From positions 93,523 through 157,522 of the forward strand of contig CAYYQK010000001.1 in NCBI GenBank assembly GCA_964473815.1: DNA of 64,000 nucleotides. Direction: 5' to 3'. This document shows positions 55,353 through 64,000 of this stretch, piece after piece. How positions within the stretch are numbered: position 1 is the first letter of the stretch; each line of letters opens with the position of its first letter. A program made the translations under genes and the position numbers. The notes under the pieces were generated by a model. The model did no database searches, was not told the DNA's origin, and worked only from the letters and a program-made list of their open reading frames with translations. Source of the stretch: an uncultured Candidatus Saccharibacteria bacterium. GTDB taxonomy: Bacteria; Patescibacteriota; Doudnabacteria; UBA920.

Positions 55353-56207
55353 ATGAACAAGAAAATTGCCGCTGCAACCTTAATTTTAATCGGCCTGATC
55401 GTTGGCTTATTTTTAGGTTGGCCCGAGAAAATTCAAAAATGGTTAGGTAGCACGGATTTCGGCTCGCGGGTAATTTCGTATACATCAGAAGAGAATTTTC
55501 CCGCACCGCTGCGCGGCTTGCTCGACTCGAGTGCAAAAAGTTATCTAACCAAACAAGGTGTCATTGATGAAACCAATAAACAACGAGCTAACAATGGCAA
55601 CACACCGTTACACGAAAATGCTCGCTTAGACAAAGCCGCTGAAGCAAAAGTTGATGATATGTTTGCCCAACAATATTTTGAACATAAGTCGCCGGATGGA
55701 AAAATGCCAGCTGACTTGGCTCACGCCCAAGGTTATGATTTTGTTGTTGTTGGAGAAAATCTTGCTTTAGGAAATTTTGAGAATGATAAAGCTCTTGTCG
55801 AAGCCTGGATGAACAGCCCTGGTCATCGCGCGAATATTTTACATTCCTCCTATCAGGAAATTGGAGTAGCGGTAAAGAAAGGTCAATTCGAAGGGAAGAC
55901 AGTTTGGTTGGCTGTACAGGAATTTGGTACGCCACTTTCAAATTGTCCTGGCGCTGATTTAAGTTTGAAGGCGCAGATAGATACTAACCGTGCTAATATT
56001 GCTGCGCTTCAAAGTTCATTGTCACAAGAAAAGGCTGATCTCAATTCAAACCGCTACTCTAACCGTGAAGAATACAATGCGGCAGTTGCGGTGTATAACA
56101 ACAATGTTAATAAAGTTAACGCGTTAATAAACGAAACGCAAAAGTTAGTGACACAATACAACAGCAGCGTCAATCAATTTAATTCTTGTTTGGAGACTAA
56201 TTCTTAG
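55353..56207 (+). CDS. CAP/SCP-domain protein with C-terminal coiled coil
   Basis: TNKQR, L..AA.AK..DM....YFEH, GENLA, AWMNSPGHRANIL, EIGVAV, VQEFG. Confidence 0.92.
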   Translation: MNKKIAAATLILIGLIVGLFLGWPEKIQKWLGSTDFGSRVISYTSEENFPAPLRGLLDSSAKSYLTKQGVIDETNKQRANNGNTPLHENARLDKAAEAKVDDMFAQQYFEHKSPDGKMPADLAHAQGYDFVVVGENLALGNFENDKALVEAWMNSPGHRANILHSSYQEIGVAVKKGQFEGKTVWLAVQEFGTPLSNCPGADLSLKAQIDTNRANIAALQSSLSQEKADLNSNRYSNREEYNAAVAVYNNNVNKVNALINETQKLVTQYNSSVNQFNSCLETNS

Positions 56208-56208
56208 T

Positions 56209-57048
56209 ATGAGAAAAATTGATGTTGCTGGTTTAAAAATTGATGCGATTACAAAATCTGAACTACTGTCAGAAATTTCTGAGCGAATAGAACGCAAACA
56301 AAAAACTTTTGTTTCAACCCCTTACTCGGAATTTTTATACGCCAGCATTAAAGACGAACAACTCCGTACTGAGTTTAACAAAGCAGATTTTGCAATTCCA
56401 GATGGAGTTGGGGTAATTTGGGCGCATGCATTTTTGGCTGAGCCAGTAACTTGGCCTGGGTTTTTAAGTAAACTACAAATTTGGTGGCAAATGGTTTGGA
56501 CTGGCGCCTCTATTTTATTGAACCCAAAATACATTTACCGCGACATCCCAGAAAAAATTGTAGGTGCAGACTTTATTTGGGATTTAGCAAAGTTGGCTGA
56601 ACAAAAAAACTTTACGATTTTTTTGTGGGGCTCAAAAGATAACGAAGCTAAAATCACCGCCCAAAAATTAATTGCAAAGTTTCCAAATTTAAAAATTGTT
56701 GGCACTTCAAACAAAAATTTAGACGACAATACAATTTTCCAAGATTTAGACTCTGCTAAACCTGACATGTTGTTAGTAGCTTTGGCTGCTCAAGAAACAG
56801 AAAAATGGTTGGCGCAAAACCTGCAAAAAACTCCAGCTATGTTTGCAATTGGTTTGGGCGGCACATTCGATTACATTGCCGGAACAAAAAAACAACCGCC
56901 GCAGTTCGTCAGAAAAATTGGTTTGGAGTGGCTTTACCGACTCTTCACCCAACCATCGCGAGTTTTCAGAATTTATAGAGGCTTTGTTGGTTTAATTTTC
57001 CTGGTGATCAAGACCAAAACCAAGCTTGCCCGAGACAAGCAAAATTAG
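56209..57048 (+). CDS. WecB/TagA/CpsF glycosyltransferase (GT26)
   Basis: TPYSE, ADFAIPDGVG, GADF, GLGGTFD, R..GLEWLYRL..QP.R. Confidence 0.93.
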   Translation: MRKIDVAGLKIDAITKSELLSEISERIERKQKTFVSTPYSEFLYASIKDEQLRTEFNKADFAIPDGVGVIWAHAFLAEPVTWPGFLSKLQIWWQMVWTGASILLNPKYIYRDIPEKIVGADFIWDLAKLAEQKNFTIFLWGSKDNEAKITAQKLIAKFPNLKIVGTSNKNLDDNTIFQDLDSAKPDMLLVALAAQETEKWLAQNLQKTPAMFAIGLGGTFDYIAGTKKQPPQFVRKIGLEWLYRLFTQPSRVFRIYRGFVGLIFLVIKTKTKLARDKQN

Positions 57049-57074
57049 CTATAATTAGCTAGAAATAAACTATT

Positions 57075-58556
57075 ATGGCTAATATTCGTACCCGTTTTGC
57101 CCCTAGTCCGACTGGGGAAATTCATATTGGAAATTTTCGAACCGCACTGTTCGCGTATTTATTTGCGCGCCACAACAACGGTACTTTTATTTTGCGCGTA
57201 GAAGATACTGACCAAAATCGCAAAGTCGAAGGCGCCATGGAGAACATGATTGCTGTTCTTGAAAAAATGGGTTTGCAAATTGATGAAGGTCCAGGCAAAG
57301 GCGAGCATGGTCCGTACATCCAATCGGAACGTTTAGACATTTATAAAAAATATATTGATGAATTAATTGCTAAAGGCGGTGCATATTATTGTTTTTGTAG
57401 TGCAGAACGTTTGGAAGAATTGCGCGCCGAACAAACTGCGTTAAAACAACCACCAATGTACGATCGTCATTGCCGCAACTTAAGTGACGAAGAGCTTGCT
57501 ACCAAGCAAGCTGAGTTTAAAGCGGCCGGTAAAAATCCGGTTGTTCGTCAAGCTAATCCAAGCGATGGACAAACTATTGTGCACGACATTGTCTATGGTG
57601 ACATTACTTATGACAATGCCACTTTGGATGATCAAGTTTTAATAAAATCCGATGGCTTTCCAACTTACCACTTCGCAGTTGTAATTGACGATCATTTGAT
57701 GGAAGTATCGCACATTATTCGTGGTGAGGAATGGATGCCTTCTACTCCAAAACATATAATTTTGTTCAATCATTTTGGTTGGGATATTCCGAAGTTTGCC
57801 CATTTCCCATTAATACTAAATCCTGATAAATCAAAACTTTCTAAACGCCAAGGTGATGTATCTGTGGAAGATTTTTTGAGTAGTGGCTATTTAGAAAAAA
57901 CTTTGGTGAACTTTGTGGCTTTGTTAGGGTGGAATCCAAAAACCGAGCAAGAAATTTTTTCATTGCAAGAATTAATAGAGCAATTTGATTTAGCCAAGGG
58001 CAATAAGTCTGGTGCTGTGTTTGATCGTGTAAAACTCGACTGGATGAACTCACATTACATCCGCGAAATGTCAGATGAAGAATTGTTGGGAAAATGTTTA
58101 CCGTTCTTAGAACAACAAAGCATTAATCTTGAAACTTTCGATAAAAATTATTTGCTCGCAGTTGTAAATTTAGAAAAGGAACGCTTAAAGAAATTATCCG
58201 AGATAGGGGATGAGCATGCAAAGTTTTATTTTGGAGCGCCCAACTACGACGGACAGATTTTAGTTTGGAAAAAATCTGACGCAGCAACAACAAAGCAAAA
58301 TTTAAAATTGTTGCAAGACCTATTCAATATTTCTGGTGACGACGTATTAGGGGATAGTGCCAAACTTGAAGAAACTATCAAAGCGTTTATTGCAGAACAT
58401 GGTCTGGATAATGGAAGTGTGTTGTGGCCGCTGCGCGTAGCCATGACTGGACTAGAAAAAAGCCCGGGACCATTCCAAGTCACAGCAACTTTGTTCAAAG
58501 GGTGGGGGAGAGCAGGTCTCAATGAGCGTTTAGAAAAAGCGATTTCATTGCTATAG
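57075..58556 (+). CDS. gltX: Glutamate--tRNA ligase
   Basis: RTRFAPSPTG.IHIGN, LRVEDTD, GPYIQSER, IRGEEW, KLSKR. Confidence 0.97.
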   Translation: MANIRTRFAPSPTGEIHIGNFRTALFAYLFARHNNGTFILRVEDTDQNRKVEGAMENMIAVLEKMGLQIDEGPGKGEHGPYIQSERLDIYKKYIDELIAKGGAYYCFCSAERLEELRAEQTALKQPPMYDRHCRNLSDEELATKQAEFKAAGKNPVVRQANPSDGQTIVHDIVYGDITYDNATLDDQVLIKSDGFPTYHFAVVIDDHLMEVSHIIRGEEWMPSTPKHIILFNHFGWDIPKFAHFPLILNPDKSKLSKRQGDVSVEDFLSSGYLEKTLVNFVALLGWNPKTEQEIFSLQELIEQFDLAKGNKSGAVFDRVKLDWMNSHYIREMSDEELLGKCLPFLEQQSINLETFDKNYLLAVVNLEKERLKKLSEIGDEHAKFYFGAPNYDGQILVWKKSDAATTKQNLKLLQDLFNISGDDVLGDSAKLEETIKAFIAEHGLDNGSVLWPLRVAMTGLEKSPGPFQVTATLFKGWGRAGLNERLEKAISLL

Positions 58557-58600
58557 ACATTATCTAGCTTTTTTAGCCAAAATGTGCCATAATAAAGTTA

Positions 58601-59905
58601 ATGTTGGCACATTTAAAAGAAACTAAAACCAACATCAAACTCATTCTTATAGCCGCGGCATTACTGATGCTTGCCGTTGGTGTTTTTGTGTTTGCCTGGA
58701 AATATCAGATAAATATGGCAAATGCTGCGACCGCCAATCGTAGCGAGTTAAATAGCAAAATCCAGCAGTTGCAGACGAAAATTAATTCGTATCAACAATC
58801 GATTATAGAAACACAAAAACTTAGCGCCACTTTGCAGAATGAAATAACCATTTACGATAGTCAGATTGCCTCTCTCGAATTGCAAATTGAAGCAACGAAA
58901 ACTCAAACTGAAGACATGACTTTGCAAGTTAATGAATTGCAAACTCAAATCGACCGCCGTAAAGCCGAAATCGAAGATAACAAAGTAGTGCTTGGTGAAC
59001 TCGTTCGGCAAATTGCTCTTCTCGACAACGACTCATTCATTCAAATCGGCTTGGGCACAGACAACTTCTCTGCTTTTTTAGACCAAGTGCAATACAACAG
59101 AAGTATTTCACAGCAAGTCTATAACCTTGTGGCAAAAATAAAAGACATCAAGCAGAAACTGGAAACTCAGCAAAACGATTTAAAAAAATCTTTAGATAAG
59201 CTGAATGAACTTTCTCAGCAACTTCAAATATCCCAAGAAACTCTAAACGAACAAAAAACATCTAAGCAGCAATTGCTAGCGCAAACGAAAGGTAACGAAA
59301 AGAATTACCAGAAACTATTAGCAGCAACAACCAGCCAGCAGGGCAAAGTTGAAAAGGAATTGTATGACTTAGATGTTGCAGCTGGTCGAAGGGTTGGCGC
59401 GCCAAATATTTCGGCGAAAAAAGGCGTCTTGGCTTGGCCGATGGAAGGCGTAGTCACGCAAGGTTATGGCAACACTGGTTTTACGGACCTTGGCTATTCG
59501 TTCCACAACGGTATCGATATTGCTGCACCAGCAGGACAGCCAATTTACGCGGCTGCAGATGGAATAGTGGACACCTGCAATTCGAGTAATTATGCCTATG
59601 GAAATTGGTGTTCAATTCTGCACACTGTTGATTCAAATAGCGGCCCGGCGCAAATCGTTACTTTGTACGGTCATATGCGTTCTTATGTTGTTTCGGCTGG
59701 GCAGGTTGTGAAGCAGGGCGATTTAATTGGCTTTGAAGGAAATACTGGTAACACCACACGATTGCTATACGGCGCGGCCAGTGGTTTTCATGTCCACTTC
59801 ACAATCTTTGCCCGTACCGGTTATACTGTAACTAAAGGTTCGTATGGGGATTACTTAATTCCATCCGGTGTTACATTGAATCCATTTAGCTTCTTAGGTT
59901 CATAA
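58601..59905 (+). CDS. Coiled-coil M23 peptidase (EnvC/CwlO-like architecture)
   Basis: TM, long coiled coil, HNGID, TLYGH, G.TG, HVHF; metal ligands intact. Confidence 0.9.
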   Translation: MLAHLKETKTNIKLILIAAALLMLAVGVFVFAWKYQINMANAATANRSELNSKIQQLQTKINSYQQSIIETQKLSATLQNEITIYDSQIASLELQIEATKTQTEDMTLQVNELQTQIDRRKAEIEDNKVVLGELVRQIALLDNDSFIQIGLGTDNFSAFLDQVQYNRSISQQVYNLVAKIKDIKQKLETQQNDLKKSLDKLNELSQQLQISQETLNEQKTSKQQLLAQTKGNEKNYQKLLAATTSQQGKVEKELYDLDVAAGRRVGAPNISAKKGVLAWPMEGVVTQGYGNTGFTDLGYSFHNGIDIAAPAGQPIYAAADGIVDTCNSSNYAYGNWCSILHTVDSNSGPAQIVTLYGHMRSYVVSAGQVVKQGDLIGFEGNTGNTTRLLYGAASGFHVHFTIFARTGYTVTKGSYGDYLIPSGVTLNPFSFLGS

Positions 59906-59928
59906 AATAAATTGATGAGGAGAGATAG

Positions 59929-60945
59929 TTGAAAAGAGTTGCTTTAATTTTGATGACTGCAATACTGCCAGTAGAAATGCTACTGGGGTACTTGGCATTC
60001 GCACAACCGGTGCAAGCGCAATTGAATCCTCCCACCACAACGCAAACCGCTGCGCCGGAATATAAAAATGTTGATTCAAGTATTGAAAAATATTTGTGTA
60101 CCCCGAACGATAGTAATTTAGGCGGTGCGTTATTTAACTGTATTAGTAAGGTATATCGGTTTGGCGTGGCCTTTGGCGCCATTGCCGTAGTGTTCTTTAT
60201 AGTTCTTGCCGGATACATGTATATTACCGGCGGCGAGGCAGCTAAGGGCAAAGCTAAAACCATGATCCAGAATTCGATTATTGGAATTGCCTTGATGCTT
60301 GGAAGTTACTTGTTGTTGAGTTTTATTAATCCTGATTTAGTTAAAATTAAGCCCATTCAAGCGCCAATTTTTAGCGCTAGTGATTTGCCTAAGTGTGCGG
60401 ATGTGGGGCTGGGAGTTAATTGTGTTCTTCCTGATGGACAAGTGAACGTTCCTAATCCTGCTCCAGGCGGAGCAAGCGGTTGTGCTAACAGAGAAAGTGG
60501 AAGTTGTACAAAACAGGTAATTTCGGCCTGTCCAGCATTTGCCTCGCAAATGGAAAATTCGTTGAGAGCTTGTAACCAAGAAAGTATGGGTGGTCGCGCC
60601 GATATTGCAAGTACTGTGGACCGCTGTGACGAAACAACAACTGGAAAGGTGGTCGCATTCAGTTGGGGGTTATGGCAATTGAATGTTGCAGCTGGTAGTT
60701 ATGGCGCAGAGTTTCCTGAGTGTAAGGGGGTTTTGTCTCAAGCAGGTGGACCATGGAGTACTTTATGTATTACCGGAGGAACGTGTGGTCGTAAATGTAC
60801 TTTTGGAAAAGGTGCTGATGCGTTTTATGCTTGTACCAAAGCCCTTGCTGACCCAGTTCGTAACACAAAACAAGCCTGCAATTTATATGCAAAAAGTGGC
60901 TGGGGACCATGGCCTTATACGAAAAAAGTTTGTAACTTACCATAA
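59929..60945 (+). CDS. TrbC/VirB2-like pilin fused to a Cys-rich lysozyme-like domain
   Basis: Pilin core (AV.FIVLAGYMYIT.G....KAK..I.N.IIG..L...SY.LL..INP); C-terminal QES.GG, SWGLWQLN, N...A..LY...GWGPW. Confidence 0.75.
   Translation: MKRVALILMTAILPVEMLLGYLAFAQPVQAQLNPPTTTQTAAPEYKNVDSSIEKYLCTPNDSNLGGALFNCISKVYRFGVAFGAIAVVFFIVLAGYMYITGGEAAKGKAKTMIQNSIIGIALMLGSYLLLSFINPDLVKIKPIQAPIFSASDLPKCADVGLGVNCVLPDGQVNVPNPAPGGASGCANRESGSCTKQVISACPAFASQMENSLRACNQESMGGRADIASTVDRCDETTTGKVVAFSWGLWQLNVAAGSYGAEFPECKGVLSQAGGPWSTLCITGGTCGRKCTFGKGADAFYACTKALADPVRNTKQACNLYAKSGWGPWPYTKKVCNLP
60148..60273 (+). repeat. Duplicated pilin core, copy 1
   Basis: 42 codons encoding the same peptide as 62353..62478, with only synonymous differences. 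Confidence 0.9.
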
Positions 60946-60947
60946 AA

Positions 60948-61397
60948 ATGGATAAAAAATATATTTACATTATTGCAGGTATTCTCGCCTTATTGATCAT
61001 TCTAGGTATGGTTTTCATTTTGCTTAAACCTAAGAATAACAATTCAAATTCCATTTCAATAACGGGACTTAATAATCAACCGGTCAAAACTAAAGACTTT
61101 ATTTCAGCGTCCAAAACTTACGATAAAGAGACTGTAATTTTTTCTGATTCAGATTTAAATATTGAGTATGACGCTGCTTCTCAGTTTTTCCAAATCACCT
61201 TTACAAATGTTGACCCGCAAATACTTTTAGTTAATAGAGATAAGGCCGAAAAGCTCTTGCTGGATCAGTTAGGGGTATCGCAAAAGGATGCTTGTAATTT
61301 AAATGTTCGCGAAGTGTTGCCTCCTATTGATCCCACTGCCTCACAGGCAAAGTTTTACGTAATGAGTTTTTGTCCTGGCGGGGATAAATTTCCTTAA
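60948..61397 (+). CDS. Membrane-anchored hypothetical protein
   Basis: N-terminal TM; AE..LL..LG.S..DAC.L...SFCP with a Cys pair. Confidence 0.75.
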   Translation: MDKKYIYIIAGILALLIILGMVFILLKPKNNNSNSISITGLNNQPVKTKDFISASKTYDKETVIFSDSDLNIEYDAASQFFQITFTNVDPQILLVNRDKAEKLLLDQLGVSQKDACNLNVREVLPPIDPTASQAKFYVMSFCPGGDKFP

Positions 61398-61405
61398 TAA
61401 TACTT

Positions 61406-62128
61406 ATGGATGAATTAGAGGATCAACAGAAAGAGGTTGTTATTAATAATAGTCGGTGGCCAGTCGCCATTGCGATTTTTTTTGGCACTTGGATAATCGG
61501 TATGTGTATTATTGTTGCCGGTTTAATGATTTCCAAAGAATTAGCGAAAAATAATGCACCGCAAAATATATCGAATATTCCTCCTCAAAAAACTGATATA
61601 GCAGTACCGGCCGGTATTCCGGTCTTGGGGAATAATAATGCCCCTGTAACTATTATTGAATTCGCAGACTTCCAATGTCCTTTTTGCGAAGAATGGCAAA
61701 AAAGTGTTTTCCCTGATTTAAAAAAGAATTACATTGATACAGGAAAGGCTCGCTTTGTATTTATGAATTACGCTTTCTTGGGTGAAGAGTCAGTTAAAGC
61801 GGCGGAGGCGGCAAGGTGCGCACAAGACCAAAATAAATTCTGGGAGTATCATGATAAATTGTATGAATTACAGAAAGGGGAGAATCAAGGAACCTTTTCT
61901 GATGCGAACCTAAAGAATTTTGCCAATCTGACTGGTTTGGAGTCCGGGAGTTTTAACAAATGTTTTGATTCAAGAACTTATCAGAAAGAAATTGAAGCAA
62001 ATGTTACCCAAGCGTCTCAGTATGGAGTGCAATCTACGCCAACTGTGTTTATTAATGGTTTAAAGTACGAAGGAGTTTATCCATACCAAACATATGCGGA
62101 TACCATTGAAATGTTGTTAAAAAAATAA
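61406..62128 (+). CDS. DsbA-family thiol-disulfide oxidoreductase
   Basis: TM; LGN.NAPVTIIEFADFQCPFC, KFWEYHD.LY, GVQSTPT.FING. Confidence 0.93.
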   Translation: MDELEDQQKEVVINNSRWPVAIAIFFGTWIIGMCIIVAGLMISKELAKNNAPQNISNIPPQKTDIAVPAGIPVLGNNNAPVTIIEFADFQCPFCEEWQKSVFPDLKKNYIDTGKARFVFMNYAFLGEESVKAAEAARCAQDQNKFWEYHDKLYELQKGENQGTFSDANLKNFANLTGLESGSFNKCFDSRTYQKEIEANVTQASQYGVQSTPTVFINGLKYEGVYPYQTYADTIEMLLKK

Positions 62129-63099
62129 TGATGAAACTAAAACAAAAATTAATTCGTGGCATTTTATTATTTGCATTCGCATTGGTTATTGCAAACCCTA
62201 CTTTTGTTTTTGCGCAGTCAAATAATAATTCGACGGGTGGAATCGGTTTAACCAATTATAGCGGAGTCGATAGTAGCATCAGTAAATATTTATGCACTCC
62301 ATCCGACCCATCTACCCCAGACAATAGTCAAGACCTACCTCGGTGTATAAATAAAGTCTACCGATTTGGCGTGGCCTTTGGCGCCATTGCGGTAGTGTTT
62401 TTTATAGTCTTGGCGGGTTACATGTATATTACCGGCGGTGAGGCAGCAAAAGGCAAAGCTAAAACCATGATTCAGAATGCTGTGATTGGCATTGGGTTGA
62501 TGCTGGGCAGTTATGTCATTTTGAGCTTTATCAATCCTACATTAGTTATTTATAAACCCATCCAGCCTCCAATTTTTATTGCATCTGATCTGGCTGATTG
62601 TGCGCAACTTGGTTTAGGTGAAGAATGTGTTTTGCCGGATGGAAGCACGGGCTTGTCAAATGGTAGTGGAGGAGGTACAAAATATGCGCCTTGCCCTGGC
62701 GGTCAGTTAGTTTCGGTGACCGGCGTTTCTACAGATGGAGGTGTTGGTCAAATTTGCAAAGCGCTCCTAGAAAAAATAGTCCAGTTAAAAGCGAATACAA
62801 AAGATATCCCTTGGTTAGCAACTTCTGCTGTTGATGGTACACACATTAGTCAGTGTCATAAATCAGGAAATGCCTACTCGGGTACTTGTGTAGACCTTGC
62901 TTTAAATGGTGGTCGCTCACCATCTTACACAAAAGAATCAGGATCTACCAATCCGAAGTGGGGGGACTTATGCAAAGCGATTTATAGTTTAGGTGGAGTA
63001 GCTATCGCAAATGAAGCATCTAAAAATTCTTCCTGTTCGCCTTACAAGGTTTATGACACAACAACAGGACCAAACTTACATATCTATTTATCTCAGTAA
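62128..63099 (+). CDS. TrbC/VirB2-like pilin fused to a possible M15/LAS-type peptidase domain
   Basis: Same pilin core as 59929; C-terminal GTH...CH......GTCVD and TTGPNLHI. Confidence 0.7.
   Translation: MMKLKQKLIRGILLFAFALVIANPTFVFAQSNNNSTGGIGLTNYSGVDSSISKYLCTPSDPSTPDNSQDLPRCINKVYRFGVAFGAIAVVFFIVLAGYMYITGGEAAKGKAKTMIQNAVIGIGLMLGSYVILSFINPTLVIYKPIQPPIFIASDLADCAQLGLGEECVLPDGSTGLSNGSGGGTKYAPCPGGQLVSVTGVSTDGGVGQICKALLEKIVQLKANTKDIPWLATSAVDGTHISQCHKSGNAYSGTCVDLALNGGRSPSYTKESGSTNPKWGDLCKAIYSLGGVAIANEASKNSSCSPYKVYDTTTGPNLHIYLSQ
62353..62478 (+). repeat. Duplicated pilin core, copy 2
   Basis: See 60148..60273. Confidence 0.9.
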
Positions 63100-63408
63100 A
63101 TGTTAGGGCAGGGGAGTATACCCTACTTTCGTCAGTAGTAAAAAGTAACATAAAAATTTAGCCACCTAGAAGTAGGTGGTTTAAGTTTGAAAAAATATTT
63201 ATGCGCAAAATAAATAATAGATATAAAAGTGCAAAGCATTGAAAACATATTTTGAATTAGCCTAACCGGTTCAAACCCAGTTTTATCACTATAAAGGATA
63301 TTATATATTATACATGTCGTAGAAGATACATTGTGCGACGTGAAAAATATGTTGTTTTGGTTGTCCCCTGTAGGACCTTCCTGTTTGGTACTATATTCCC
63401 TAATTTAA

Positions 63409-63436
63409 AATGCATCGCTATTAGTAGCGATGCATT
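63409..63436. terminator. Perfect 12-bp stem, possible terminator of the desulfurase gene
   Basis: aatgcatcgcta-ttag-tagcgatgcatt. Confidence 0.6.
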
Positions 63437-63545
63437 CTCTGTTAGTTTGCTTATTATGTTCTTTTTAATTCTCTTCTGTATATTTATGAGCCTCAGTTTG
63501 ACGAACGACAGAATAAAAAGTATAACCTATTTTTCGTTTATGATA

Positions 63546-63998
63546 TTAGTTGTTTAGCTGCTTAACTTTCGACAACATGGGGATTAGCTCCCCTAATGCC
63601 TTTAAGACGTAATCTAAGTCAGCCTTGCCGGTATTATGACCCATGGTGAGCCTTATAGCTCCAAAGGCATCTTGCTTGTCGCGACCAATAGCAACTAGTA
63701 CATGTGATGGATCTAAACTTTGCGTTGCGCACGCGCTGCCTGTTGCCACTGCTACGTTTAAATTGTCCAAGTACAACATCAAGGTTTCGCCCTCAACATT
63801 TTTAAAACTTACATTGATATTATTTGCCAACCGATTTGATCCAGGCTTTGGGCCATTCAATGTAAATCCCTTTACTTTTTTCGACAGACGATCGTCAAAG
63901 TACTTCTGAAGCCCAAGCAAGCGTGTACTTTCTTTGTGAGCATCTTTTTGTGCAAGAGTTAGCGCGGTGGCGAGTCCAATAATTCCTGGAACGTTTTC
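63546..63998 (-). CDS. iscS: Cysteine desulfurase (IscS/NifS), 5' truncated by the window edge
   Basis: Frame open to the window end: ENVPGIIGL..., NVSF..VEGE, ATGSAC, PSHVL.AIG, AIRLTMG. Confidence 0.9.
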   Translation of the reverse strand, partial: ENVPGIIGLATALTLAQKDAHKESTRLLGLQKYFDDRLSKKVKGFTLNGPKPGSNRLANNINVSFKNVEGETLMLYLDNLNVAVATGSACATQSLDPSHVLVAIGRDKQDAFGAIRLTMGHNTGKADLDYVLKALGELIPMLSKVKQLNN

Positions 63999-64000
63999 AG

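Noticed and set aside
60148-62478. Pilin repeat as a diversity-generating retroelement TR/VR pair
   Set aside because: Differences are synonymous and not adenine-specific, and no reverse transcriptase is present.
63333-63557. 74-aa hydrophobic ORF
   Set aside because: GTG start without supporting signals, spans a strong palindrome and overlaps the desulfurase end.

Overview
Bacterial chromosomal window whose gene content and style point to Patescibacteria/CPR (inference: short AlaRS, VirB2/TrbC-like pilins, baseplate-J-like membrane protein, GxLIK-type surface repeats, many apparently leaderless genes). The core genes are the infA-rpmJ-rpsM-rpsK-rpsD-rpoA-rplQ-rplM-rpsI cluster, alaS, gltX, def/fmt, pgi, msrA/msrB, HU, mltG, ctpA, glycan genes, an ECF sigma/anti-sigma pair, two-component genes and a partial cysteine desulfurase. 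No rRNA, tRNA, CRISPR array, transposase or integrase was recognised. The most unusual signal is six dispersed single-gene cassettes, each with a near-consensus sigma70 promoter, a strong Shine-Dalgarno and its own terminator, against many leaderless neighbours. In several of them the 3' end of the transcript is complementary to its own RBS/start codon (5'-3' fold-back). Other highlights: an AT-rich six-gene nucleotide-modification island (kinase, deaminase, possible ART-fold protein, methyltransferase, CYTH, HD); two pilins with an identical 42-aa core and different cell-wall-hydrolase tips; a Cys-to-Ser sortase next to an LPVTG giant adhesin; an active/degenerate DEDDh exonuclease pair inside def-fmt; and a structured sRNA/22-codon ORF locus with 11-bp-periodic boxes next to an OmpR-family system. 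All calls are by eye, without database searches.
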